DNA of 64,000 nucleotides from an uncultured Phocaeicola sp. (lineage in GTDB: Bacteria > Bacteroidota > Bacteroidia > Bacteroidales > Bacteroidaceae), in contig CALUGI010000010.1 of NCBI GenBank assembly GCA_944320135.1, positions 3,662-67,661 on the forward strand, given 5' to 3'. The position numbers were made by a program, and so were the translations under genes. The notes under the pieces are model-generated. The model saw only the letters and a list, made by a program, of their open reading frames with translations, ran no database searches and was not told the origin of the DNA. Positions 1-8,825 of the stretch are shown in pieces (the stretch's first letter is position 1; every line of letters begins with the position of its first letter).

Positions 1-515
1 TAAGGGGATTCACCCCAAAAATAGGCGACAACTGCTATCTGGCCGAAAACGCCGCCGTCATAGGCGACGTTGTCATCGGGAACGATTGCAGCATCTGGTT
101 CAATGCCGTATTGCGCGGCGACGTCAACTCCATCCGCATAGGCGACCGGGTAAACATTCAAGACGGAGCCGTGCTCCACACGCTTTTCCGGAAATCCATA
201 GTCGAGCTGGGCAATGACGTGTCCGTGGGGCACAACGTGACGCTCCACGGAGCCCGCGTGGGCGACTGCGCCCTGATCGGCATGGGAGCCACGCTGCTTG
301 ACAACGCCGTCGTGGGCGAGGGAGCCATCGTTGCAGCAGGCGCGCTGGTGCTTTCCAACACGGTCATCGAACCGTACACGCTTTGGGGAGGCGTTCCGGC
401 ACGCTTCATCAAAAAGATAGACCCGGAACAAAGCAAGTCGCTCAACCAATATACGGCCCGCAACTACCTCACCTACGCATCCTGGTTCAAGGAAGAAGGC
501 AAGGAAGAAGGGTAA
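1..515 (+). CDS. Gamma-class carbonic anhydrase-like hexapeptide-repeat (LbH) protein; 5' end cut by the window edge
   Basis: Frame 3 is open from nt 3 (RGFTPKIGDNCYLAENAAVIGDVVIGNDCSIWFNAVLRGDVN...) and runs into ORF 111..515. It shows hexapeptide periodicity and IGDRVNIQDGAVLH / VGHNVTLHG motifs typical of the gamma-CA/YrdA/PaaY family. TAA stop at 513-515. Confidence 0.8.
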   Translation, partial: RGFTPKIGDNCYLAENAAVIGDVVIGNDCSIWFNAVLRGDVNSIRIGDRVNIQDGAVLHTLFRKSIVELGNDVSVGHNVTLHGARVGDCALIGMGATLLDNAVVGEGAIVAAGALVLSNTVIEPYTLWGGVPARFIKKIDPEQSKSLNQYTARNYLTYASWFKEEGKEEG

Positions 516-579
516 GCCGTCCTTTCTTGAAGGGCATAGGAGGCTGTCTCAAAATAAGATTTGATTATCAAAGAGCAAT

Positions 580-655
580 GTCATCCTGAGCAAAGCGAAG
601 TATCTCGTGTGCATCAACTTATGCTCCTGAGATTCTTCACTGCGTTCAGAATGAC
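580..655. repeat. REP-like imperfect palindrome (27-nt arms, 21-nt loop)
   Basis: Left arm is gtcatcctgagcaaagcgaagtatctc (580-606). The right arm (629-655) reverse-complements to gtcattctgaacgcagtgaagaatctc, matching 22 of 27 positions. This gtcat(t/c)ctga..gcgaag word family recurs in intergenic DNA of many bacteria (recalled, not searched). Confidence 0.5.
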
Positions 656-691
656 AAAATAAAAGTTGATTTTTATTTTGACACCCCCCTT

Positions 692-1019
692 TCATGAGAG
701 ACGCCACATAAAGGCAGGGGAAAAGTCCGTCCGCGACGCATGGGCCATCCGCAGGAAGCTGGAAGCTGCGTGTCCGTCCCCCCCCGCGCTCGATTCCGGC
801 AATATGGCTCCTTGCCGTCACCGGTATTCTCGGCAAGCTCGCTTTGCGCCATCTTCTGTTCCTTGCGCCTGTCGCGCAGGATTGCGCCGCAATAGTATGC
901 CCGCGCCGGGTCTCAGCGCCAGGCTTTCCATATTTCGCATCCGGCAAAATCGTCGGCAGTGTGTAATTCCCCCGATTTCTTTTCGTCAAAAAAACTGTAT
1001 CATAATTGATGTCTGCCAT
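692..1019 (-). pseudogene. Possible degraded XRE-family helix-turn-helix regulator, spread over three reading frames
   Basis: Minus-strand translation gives ILRDRRKEQKMAQSELAENTG (frame a), VTARSHIAGIERGGG (frame b) and SSFLRMAHASRTDFSPAFMWRLS* (frame c). Joined, these follow the HTH_3 pattern (..sq.eLAe.tGvs.s.is.iERG.....l..la.al). One frame switch coincides with the C8 homopolymer at 778-785. Confidence 0.3.
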
Positions 1020-1231
1020 AGCCCTTCGAAGACTTCATCCGAAAAATACAGCTCCCTCAAATGCTCCCCGCTTTCTTCTGCAGCGCAAGGCAACCAATAA
1101 GATACAAGCGTCCGAATCTTTTCCGCTTTCTTTGCCAATCCGGACATAAAGCGGAACGAACCGTTTCTTCCGGCGCACCATAACCGCGAAATCAATTGTA
1201 AGAAATGCAATTGTAAGCCGCCGTCTCGTCG

Positions 1232-1270
1232 GGCTTGAACGCGCACCCCTGCACCCTGTGCGTTCAAGCC
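1232..1270. other. Stem-loop: 11-bp perfect stem with a 17-nt loop
   Basis: ggcttgaacgc (1232-1242) is the exact reverse complement of gcgttcaagcc (1260-1270). No U-tract follows. Confidence 0.6.
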
Positions 1271-1723
1271 TGCGGAATTTGCCGCTCCCGCCGTGCTCCC
1301 TTTGCGGCCGTTCCGCGCGGCCCGTAAAATCATGTAAAATCCCTCTTGCGCAGGAGCCTTCCCGTCGGCCTCCCTTTCCTCTGACAATGCAAAGATAGGA
1401 AACGCCTCCCGCACGGAGTTTACAAGTCGCCCGAAGTGCGCGCAAACGTGCAGAAATGTGCAGAAAAACGTAGTTAGTATATGCAACGCATTGATAATTA
1501 ACTGTATACGTAAACTGTCCGCCAGGGCGTTTTCGTGCCGTCTTTCGGAGAGGGGCACCCCGCCCTACGTGTCCGGATTCCGCTGCCCGCGCCTTGCCGT
1601 TCCCAACAGCCGCAGAAAAGGAGGGACCCCTCGCGCACGCCTGCGGATATGCGCAAATCGTCCGTTTTGGATAGCAAAACGCTGATTGTCAGCTGCAAAC
1701 ATCTTGAATGGCGTGTTCTTACG

Positions 1724-1883
1724 CCCTTACAGTTCTTACAAATGACAATTAGGTTCGGACATTCTTCGCCTCGAAAAATATGTTATATTATATATATATT
1801 TATATATATAATATAATTGTACTGTGCCTTTACCGGTATTCGTTTTGGCTAAAACTAATTGTCATTTGTAAGAACTGTAAGGG
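1724..1883. repeat. Perfect 28-bp inverted repeat pair flanking a 104-bp spacer with a (TA)-rich core
   Basis: cccttacagttcttacaaatgacaatta (1724-1751) is the exact reverse complement of taattgtcatttgtaagaactgtaaggg (1856-1883). The spacer contains tatattatatatatatttatatatataatataatt. Confidence 0.9.
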
Positions 1884-1928
1884 CTCAAAGCGCTTTTCAA
1901 AAAAACAAGCAAAAAAACATGAAAAAAG

Positions 1929-1960
1929 TTTGCAGGTGTCGAAAGTTTTCCGTAGCTTTA
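1929..1960 (+). promoter_or_regulatory. Candidate Bacteroides-type promoter for the sulfatase gene
   Basis: TTTG (1929-1932), a 20-nt spacer, then TAGCTTTA (1953-1960). This is one mismatch from the TAnnTTTG -7 consensus and sits about 170 nt upstream of ATG 2131. Confidence 0.4.
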
Positions 1961-2130
1961 CGTCTGGAAAAATCACCCTTGCGACTGACATTCCTCCCCG
2001 ACAAGCCTTCCCGCATCCTCTGACGGGGTTCTATGAAATTTTTGCATCCGGACGAAGCTGCACGTTTGGGGAATCCCCTCGGTGCTTGCGCAGCCGCCCG
2101 CCAATTTGCCCATTAAAAAATTTACATAAC

Positions 2131-3702
2131 ATGAAACAACTGTCCGCATTCCTCTATCCGTTGACCGGAATAGCTGCCCTCGCTTCATTGGCCTCGTGCA
2201 GCGGCGAAAAAGAAACCGCCAAGCAATACAACATCGTCTACATCATGACCGACGACCATACCGCACAGATGATGAGCTGCTATGGAAGCCGCTTCATCGA
2301 GACCCCCAATCTGGACCGCATCGCCAACGACGGAGTGATATTCACCAACAGTTTCGTGGCCAACTCGCTGAGCGGACCGAGCCGCGCCTGTATGCTGACA
2401 GGAAAGCACAGCCACGCCAACGGCTTTACGGACAACACGACATGCGTGTTCGACGGTTCGCAGCAGACGGCGCCCAAACTTCTGCGGCAAGCCGGATACC
2501 AGACCGCCCTCATCGGGAAATGGCATCTGATAAGTTTGCCCACAGGATTCGACCATTGGGAAATCGTCCCCGAACAAGGCGACTATTACAACCCTGACTT
2601 CATCAACATGGAGAACGACACCGTGCGCAAGGAAGGATACATCACCAACCTGATTACGGACATGAGCATCGACTGGATGGAAAACCAGCGCGACAAAGAA
2701 AAGCCCTTCTGCCTGTTCATCCACCACAAGGCCATCCATCGCAACTGGCTGCCGGAGCTGAAGTACCTGCCGCTGTACGAAGACAAAACGTTCCCCCTGC
2801 CCGACAACTTCTACGACGACTATGAAGGCAGGCCCGCCGCAGCCGCCCAGGAGATGAACATCCTGAAGGACATGGACATCATCTACGACAACAAGATGGA
2901 CCGCGCTGACAAGGAAACGCCGCTGAAAGAACGTTATGAAAGCTATGTGGGCCGCCTCAATCCGGAAGACCGCAAGGCATACGATGCGTTCTACGCGCCG
3001 ATTATCGAAGACTTCTACAAGAAAAACCCGCAAGGCAAGGAACTGGCGGAATGGAAATACCAGCGTTACATGCGCGACTACTCGAAGGTGGTGAAGTCTT
3101 TGGACGACAACGTGGGCCGCGTGCTCGATTATCTGAAGGAAAAAGGTCTGCTGGACAACACGCTTGTGGTCTACACCTCCGACCAAGGATTCTACATGGG
3201 CGAACACGGATGGTTCGACAAGCGCTTCATGTATGAAGAATCCATGCACACCCCGCTCATCATGCACTTGCCGAAAGGCTTCAAGGCAAAAGGAGAAATT
3301 CCGCAGATGGTGCAGAACATCGACTATGCCCCGACATTCCTCGACCTGGCAGGAGCGCCGATACCCGACGACATCCAAGGCGTGTCGCTGCTCCCGCTGC
3401 TGAAAGGCGAGCAACCGGCCGACTGGCGCAAGTCGCTATACTACCACTTCTACGAGTTCCCGGCAGAGCACATGGTGAAACGCCACTACGGAGTGCGCAC
3501 CGAACGCTACAAGCTGATTCATTTCTACAACGACATCGACGAATGGGAACTGTATGACTTGCAGGAAGACCCTACCGAAATGCACAACCTGTACGGCCAG
3601 CCCGACTATGAGAAGATTACGGATGACCTGAAGGCCGAGTTAGTCAGACTGCAGGCCCAATACCAGGACCCTATCGAAGAAAAGCTGAAGCAAGGGAAAT
3701 GA
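2131..3702 (+). CDS. Family S1 sulfatase, Ser-type formylglycine motif (N-acetylglucosamine-6-sulfatase-like), lipoprotein
   Basis: Start refined to the ATG giving MKQLSAFLYPLTGIAALASLASCSG (lipobox). It has IMTDDH metal-binding residues and an S-G-P-S-R-A-C-M-L-T-G-K signature, with the Ser codon at 2371-2373. The longer ORF from 1780 begins inside the TA-rich repeat and was discarded. Confidence 0.9.
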   Translation: MKQLSAFLYPLTGIAALASLASCSGEKETAKQYNIVYIMTDDHTAQMMSCYGSRFIETPNLDRIANDGVIFTNSFVANSLSGPSRACMLTGKHSHANGFTDNTTCVFDGSQQTAPKLLRQAGYQTALIGKWHLISLPTGFDHWEIVPEQGDYYNPDFINMENDTVRKEGYITNLITDMSIDWMENQRDKEKPFCLFIHHKAIHRNWLPELKYLPLYEDKTFPLPDNFYDDYEGRPAAAAQEMNILKDMDIIYDNKMDRADKETPLKERYESYVGRLNPEDRKAYDAFYAPIIEDFYKKNPQGKELAEWKYQRYMRDYSKVVKSLDDNVGRVLDYLKEKGLLDNTLVVYTSDQGFYMGEHGWFDKRFMYEESMHTPLIMHLPKGFKAKGEIPQMVQNIDYAPTFLDLAGAPIPDDIQGVSLLPLLKGEQPADWRKSLYYHFYEFPAEHMVKRHYGVRTERYKLIHFYNDIDEWELYDLQEDPTEMHNLYGQPDYEKITDDLKAELVRLQAQYQDPIEEKLKQGK

Positions 3703-3798
3703 CCGCTTGCCGCAGAACATGCCGATGCGAGAAGGACGTCACCTGACGCTTCCGCATCGGCACATCCGTTTCACACACATCGAACAAAAGAAAATGCT

Positions 3799-6363
3799 AT
3801 GAGACACAACCCTTTTATCCTCATATTGCTTTGCTGTTCCGCTTCCCTGTTCGGACAGCAGCCTTTGCCTCCCGAAACAATCAGATTAGACGGCGGCTGG
3901 AGCTTCGCCGAATCAAGAAGCGGCAAGTGGCTCTCCGCCGAAGTGCCGGGCACGGTCCACCAAGACTTGCTGCGGCACGGCCTGCTGCCCGACCCCTTTT
4001 ACGGAACCAACGAACAGAAGATACAATGGGTGGAAAGCAAGGACTGGGAATACAAGACGAGCTTCCCGCTCGATGAGTCCCAATGCAGCCGACAGGCAGC
4101 ATGCCTCGTCTTTGAAGGGCTCGACACGTATGCCGACGTGTATCTGAACGGGGCCTTGATACTTTCATCCGACAACATGTTCAAAGGCTATTTTATAGAG
4201 GTGAAAGACATGCTCCGCAAAGGAGAGAACCGCCTGCACGTCGTCTTCCGCTCCCCTGTCAGGAAAACGCTCCCGCAATGGGAGACCAACGGGTTCGAGT
4301 ATCCGGCAGACAATGACCATGCGGAAAAGAAGGTGAGCGTGTTCACCCGGAAAGCCCCTTACAGCTTCGGCTGGGACTGGGGAATACGGATGGTAACTTG
4401 CGGCATCTGGCGGCCTGTCACGCTGGAACTGTACGACGCAGCGCGCATCGACGACTATTATGTGAAACAACTGGCCTTGAACGACAAAGAGGCCCGCTTG
4501 TCCAACCGGATAGAGATACATAACGCTACAGGCGAAACGGCATCAGCCGAAGTGGAAGTCAGCTGCTCCCTGCTCGGAGAGACGGCAAGCAGCATGAAGA
4601 AGGCCGTATCGCTGCATCCGGGAAGCAACCTGATTGAAATTCCCATGACTATAAAGAATCCGAAACGCTGGATGCCCAACGGGTGGGGCGAACCGACGCT
4701 GTATGACTTCTCCGCCAAAGTGGTTTGCCAAGGTAGAACGGTAGCGGAGAAACGGCGCCGGATCGGGCTCCGCACGCTCCGGGTCGTGGCCGAAAAGGAC
4801 AGCATAGGAGAGTCTTTCTACTTCGAAGTGAACGGAACTCCCCTGTTCGCCAAAGGAGCCAACTACATCCCTTCGGACGCCCTGCTTCCCAACGTGACGG
4901 ACGAACGCTACGAAACCCTGTTCCGCGACATAAAGGAAGCCCATATAAACATGATACGCGTGTGGGGAGGGGGCGTGTATGAAGACGACCGCTTCTACGA
5001 ACTGGCGGACGAAAACGGCATCCTGATCTGGCAAGACTTCATGTTTGCCTGCACCACCTATCCGGCCGACCCTCCTTTCTTGAAACGAGTGGAGGAAGAA
5101 GCCGAATACAACATCCGGAGGCTGCGCAACCATCCGTGCATAGCGATGTGGTGCGGGAACAACGAAATACAGGAAGGCATCAAATATTGGGGATGGAAGA
5201 AACGCTTCAGCCCGGAAGTGTACGGCCGGTTCCAGCCAGATTACGAGAAACTGTTCTGCGAACTGCTTCCCGCGCAAGTGAAGAAATTCGATGAAGGTCG
5301 CTTCTACATGCATACTTCCCCCTATTTCGCCAATTGGGGAAGGCCCGAATCGTGGAACGTGCGCGACAGCCACAATTGGGGCATCTGGTACGGCAGAAAG
5401 CCGTTCGAGTCGGCCGACGAGGAACGGTGCCGCTTTGCCAGCGAATACGGCTTCCAGTCGTTCCCCGAAATGAAAACCATCCGGACGTTCGCTTCTCCGG
5501 CCGACTACCGGATAGACTCGGAAGTGATGACGGCCCATCAGAAAAGCACGGTGGGCAACGACCTGATAGCGGAAAGCATGGAGCGGTATTTCATCGTGCC
5601 GGAGACGTTTGAGGACTTCGTTTACGTAGGGCTCGTGCTGCAAGGGCAGGGAGTAAGGCGCAGCATCGAGGCGCACCGCCGCCAGCGCCCCTACTGCATG
5701 GGGTCGCTCTACTGGCAGCTGAACGACAGCTGGCCGGTGGTGTCATGGTCGAGCATCGACTATTACGGCAACTGGAAGGCGCTGCATTATCAGGCCAAGC
5801 GCGCTTTCGCCCCGACCCTCGTCAGCCCGTTGGTGAAAGGAGACAGCCTGCACGTGCATCTCGTCTCAGACCGCCTCGACGACCTCGAAGGACTGACGCT
5901 CGACATGCGCCTGCTCGATTTCTACGGCAAGACACTGAAGCGCACGAGCATGAAGGCGAACCTTCCGTCCAATTCGTCCCTCAAGGTGCGCAGCGGCACG
6001 CTCGAAGAATGGGGAACGCCGGAAGAACGGACGGAACGCTTCCTCCTGCTGACGCTTAAAGACAGGAAACACCGCGAAATCGCCCGAAGCGTCTGCTACT
6101 TCGCGCCGACCAAAGAGCTGAAACTTCCGGACGCGACGGTACGCTGCAAGGTGAAACGCTCCGAAGGACGCTGCACGGTAACGCTGTATTCTTCTTCATT
6201 GGCCAAGGACGTCTTTATCGAGATTCCCGTGCAAGGGGCACGTTTCAGCGACAATTTCTTCGACCTTCTGCCGGGAGAAAAGCGCACCGTCACCATCGAA
6301 TCGCCGAAAATCCGGGGAGACGAGGAAATAACCGTCAGACACATCCGGGAAACTTACGAGTGA
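3799..6363 (+). CDS. GH2 beta-mannosidase
   Basis: 854 aa with a signal peptide. The N-terminus W.SAEVPGTVHQDLLRHGLLPDPFYGTNE and the later WQDFMFAC and CGNNE motifs are characteristic of GH2 beta-mannosidases. Confidence 0.85.
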   Translation: MRHNPFILILLCCSASLFGQQPLPPETIRLDGGWSFAESRSGKWLSAEVPGTVHQDLLRHGLLPDPFYGTNEQKIQWVESKDWEYKTSFPLDESQCSRQAACLVFEGLDTYADVYLNGALILSSDNMFKGYFIEVKDMLRKGENRLHVVFRSPVRKTLPQWETNGFEYPADNDHAEKKVSVFTRKAPYSFGWDWGIRMVTCGIWRPVTLELYDAARIDDYYVKQLALNDKEARLSNRIEIHNATGETASAEVEVSCSLLGETASSMKKAVSLHPGSNLIEIPMTIKNPKRWMPNGWGEPTLYDFSAKVVCQGRTVAEKRRRIGLRTLRVVAEKDSIGESFYFEVNGTPLFAKGANYIPSDALLPNVTDERYETLFRDIKEAHINMIRVWGGGVYEDDRFYELADENGILIWQDFMFACTTYPADPPFLKRVEEEAEYNIRRLRNHPCIAMWCGNNEIQEGIKYWGWKKRFSPEVYGRFQPDYEKLFCELLPAQVKKFDEGRFYMHTSPYFANWGRPESWNVRDSHNWGIWYGRKPFESADEERCRFASEYGFQSFPEMKTIRTFASPADYRIDSEVMTAHQKSTVGNDLIAESMERYFIVPETFEDFVYVGLVLQGQGVRRSIEAHRRQRPYCMGSLYWQLNDSWPVVSWSSIDYYGNWKALHYQAKRAFAPTLVSPLVKGDSLHVHLVSDRLDDLEGLTLDMRLLDFYGKTLKRTSMKANLPSNSSLKVRSGTLEEWGTPEERTERFLLLTLKDRKHREIARSVCYFAPTKELKLPDATVRCKVKRSEGRCTVTLYSSSLAKDVFIEIPVQGARFSDNFFDLLPGEKRTVTIESPKIRGDEEITVRHIRETYE

Positions 6364-6385
6364 AAGCCGACGGCTTTCCCGCCCG

Positions 6386-6424
6386 AACGCGCCGACGTTT
6401 CCGCCAAAACGCGCCGACGTTTCC
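6386..6424 (+). repeat. Two perfect 17-bp direct repeats with a 22-bp period, between GH2 and GH92
   Basis: aacgcgccgacgtttcc occurs at 6386-6402 and again at 6408-6424. A degenerate third copy, gccgacggctttcccgcc, lies at 6366-6383. Confidence 0.85.
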
Positions 6425-6480
6425 CCAAGAAACGGAACGGACAAGGACAAAACCATAAGAACCTACATATCAACGCCATC

Positions 6481-8766
6481 ATGAAACGAAAACTGATACT
6501 GCAAACCCTCGCCATAGCAATGGCCCTGGCCGGATGCAATGCCGGGCCGGAAGAAAAAGACTACACCCGCTACGTCAACCCTTTCATCGGGACGGGCGGA
6601 CACGGACACACCTATCCGGGCGCAATCGTGCCCAACGGAATGATTCATCCCAGCCCTGACACCCGCATCTATGAGTGGGACGCCAGCGCGGGCTACTATT
6701 ATCCCGACTCGACCTTGAACGGCTTTTCGCACACCCACCTCAGCGGCACCGGATGCAGTGACTACGGAGACGTGCTGCTGATGCCCACCGTGGGCGAGCA
6801 ATGCGTGGACGGAGACACCGGCAACCGCCAGATTCTGCCTTACGCGTCGCCGTTCTCCCACGAAAAGGAAACGGCTGCCCCCGGCTATTACTCGGTTTTC
6901 CTCGACAGATACGGAGTGAAAGCGGAACTGACCGCCACCAAAAGGGCGGCCCTCCACCGCTATACCTTCCCCGAATCGGACGATGCGGGCTTTATCCTCG
7001 ACTTGGACTATTGCATCCAGTTCCTGAGCCAGAAGAACCGCAAGCTCTCTTTGGTAATAGTGAACGACTCCACCCTGTGCGGCTACAAGCATACGAGCGG
7101 ATGGGCCTGGAAACAGGACGTGTACTTCCGGGCCGTATTCTCGAAACCGTTCGCCTGCACCCTGCTCTCCGACTCCGTGCTGCAGAAAAACGGGAAGTTC
7201 GCTCCGGGACGCTGCAAAGCGCTGCTGAAATTCAAGACGGGCAAGGACGAGCAGGTGATGGTGAAAGTGGCCCTGTCTGCGGTCGATGCAGAGGGCGCGC
7301 GCAAGAACCTTTCAGAGATTCCGGGGTGGGACTTCGAACAAACCAAGCGCAACGCCTCGCAAGCATGGAACGACTATCTCTCAAAAATAGAGGTACACAC
7401 TGACAACGAAGAACAGAAACGCATCTTCTATTCCGCCCTGTACCATACGGCAGTCTCCCCCTGCCTCTTTACAGACGCGGACGGACGCTATCGGGGATTA
7501 GACAGGAAAATACACACGGCTCCGGAAGGCAAGCCGATGTACACGGTATTTTCTTTGTGGGACACGTTCCGCGCCCTGCACCCCCTGCTGACCATCATCG
7601 ACCCGGCACAGAACTCCCTCTACATCCAGACCCTGCTGCAGCAGTATCAAGACGGGGGAATGCTCCCGATGTGGGAGCTGGCAGGCAACTATACCGGCAC
7701 GATGATAGGCTATCACGCCGTTTCCGTCATCGCGGACGCTTATATGAAAGGCGACAGGAGCTTCGATGCGCAACTGGCTCTCCGGGCATGTCGGCGCAGC
7801 GCGGAGTATGACACTCTGCCGCCCGTCGCAACCACCCGCTACCTTCTCCACAATGCCTTGATGCCGATGTCCAAACATTACAAGAACACCTTGGGCTACA
7901 TCCCTTGCGACAAGGAGCTGGAATCTGTGGCGAAGGGATTGGAATATGCTTACAACGACTGGTGCATCAGCGTGCTGGCCGAAGCGCTCGGAGACACTTC
8001 CGCACATCAGCTCTACGTCCGCAGAGGACAGCTCTACCGCCAGTACTTCGACAAGGATACGGGCTTCATGCGCGGGAAAGACAGCCACGGAAAATGGCGG
8101 ACACCGTTCAACCCCAGCGCAAGCAACCACCGGAACGACGATTATTGCGAAGGCACCGCCTGGCAATGGACGTGGTTCGTGCCGCACGACATCGAGGGAT
8201 TGGCCAGCCTGACGGGAGGGCGCGAGGCTTTTCTCGCCAAGTTAGACTCGCTGTTTACGGCGGACTCTTCCCTGCATGGCGACCAAGTGTCGGCCGACAT
8301 CAGCGGACTGATCGGGCAATACGCGCACGGCAACGAGCCAAGCCACCACATCATTTATATGTACAACATGATGGGACAACCTTGGAAAGCGCAGGAACTG
8401 CTGGACGAGGTGATGCGCACGCAATACTTCGACGCCCCGGACGGTCTTTCCGGCAACGAGGACTGCGGCCAAATGTCGGCCTGGTACGTATTGAACGCAT
8501 TAGGATTCTACCAGCCTTGTCCGGGAACCCCCACATACAGCATAGGCCGTCCTCTGTTCAATGAGGCTACAATTCACCTGCCCGGAGGGAAAAAGTTTGT
8601 CATCAAGGCCGTCGGGAACTCTCCTGAGAACAAGTATATCCAATCTGCCGCACTGAACGGGCATCCGCTGGACATCCCGTTCTTCACCCACCAGACCCTT
8701 GCCGACGGAGGAACGCTGGAACTCGTCATGACCGACAAGCCGACCCGTTGGGGAGCGGCAGAATAG
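6481..8766 (+). CDS. GH92 alpha-mannosidase, lipoprotein
   Basis: 761 aa with lipobox LAGC. It carries the hallmark YVNPFIGTGGHGHTYPGA..PNGMI.PSPDT N-terminal motif, plus GNEPSHH and NEDCGQMSAWYV motifs of GH92. Confidence 0.9.
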   Translation: MKRKLILQTLAIAMALAGCNAGPEEKDYTRYVNPFIGTGGHGHTYPGAIVPNGMIHPSPDTRIYEWDASAGYYYPDSTLNGFSHTHLSGTGCSDYGDVLLMPTVGEQCVDGDTGNRQILPYASPFSHEKETAAPGYYSVFLDRYGVKAELTATKRAALHRYTFPESDDAGFILDLDYCIQFLSQKNRKLSLVIVNDSTLCGYKHTSGWAWKQDVYFRAVFSKPFACTLLSDSVLQKNGKFAPGRCKALLKFKTGKDEQVMVKVALSAVDAEGARKNLSEIPGWDFEQTKRNASQAWNDYLSKIEVHTDNEEQKRIFYSALYHTAVSPCLFTDADGRYRGLDRKIHTAPEGKPMYTVFSLWDTFRALHPLLTIIDPAQNSLYIQTLLQQYQDGGMLPMWELAGNYTGTMIGYHAVSVIADAYMKGDRSFDAQLALRACRRSAEYDTLPPVATTRYLLHNALMPMSKHYKNTLGYIPCDKELESVAKGLEYAYNDWCISVLAEALGDTSAHQLYVRRGQLYRQYFDKDTGFMRGKDSHGKWRTPFNPSASNHRNDDYCEGTAWQWTWFVPHDIEGLASLTGGREAFLAKLDSLFTADSSLHGDQVSADISGLIGQYAHGNEPSHHIIYMYNMMGQPWKAQELLDEVMRTQYFDAPDGLSGNEDCGQMSAWYVLNALGFYQPCPGTPTYSIGRPLFNEATIHLPGGKKFVIKAVGNSPENKYIQSAALNGHPLDIPFFTHQTLADGGTLELVMTDKPTRWGAAE

Positions 8767-8782
8767 CCTTTGCAAAACAGAA

Positions 8783-8822
8783 GCGGCATGACCCGCAAAA
8801 GCGGTTTGCGGAGTCATGCCGC
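8783..8822. terminator. Long hairpin between convergent genes (GH92 and flavin-reductase-like)
   Basis: gcggcatgac (8783-8792) pairs with gtcatgccgc (8813-8822). An inner stem pairs ccgcaaa with tttgcgg. There is no clear U-tract. Confidence 0.45.
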
Positions 8823-8825
8823 AGC

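Noticed and set aside
986-1558. 190-aa and 136-aa minus-strand ORFs (986-1558, 1035-1445) and plus-strand ORFs (666-1100, 1458-1685) in the dark region.
   Set aside because: They are Arg/Ala/Gly-rich, mutually overlapping, and lack motifs, signal peptides or promoter boxes. I treat them as non-coding.
1780-2130. The 5' extension of the sulfatase ORF (640 aa from ATG 1780), which begins MLYYIYIYIYNIIV inside the TA-rich spacer.
   Set aside because: The extension runs through the inverted repeat and a promoter-like region and has no protein-like composition. A canonical lipoprotein signal peptide starts at ATG 2131.
2185-3414. Long antisense ORFs opposite real genes: this 409-aa ORF, plus 18443-20023 (+), 20090-21367 (+), 36201-38072 (+), 44652-46358 (-), 59705-61417 (+) and 33592-34050 (-).
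   Set aside because: The opposite strand carries strongly motif-supported genes in each case. These ORFs are R/V/H/G-rich shadow frames with no recognisable motifs, as expected in ~53% GC DNA.
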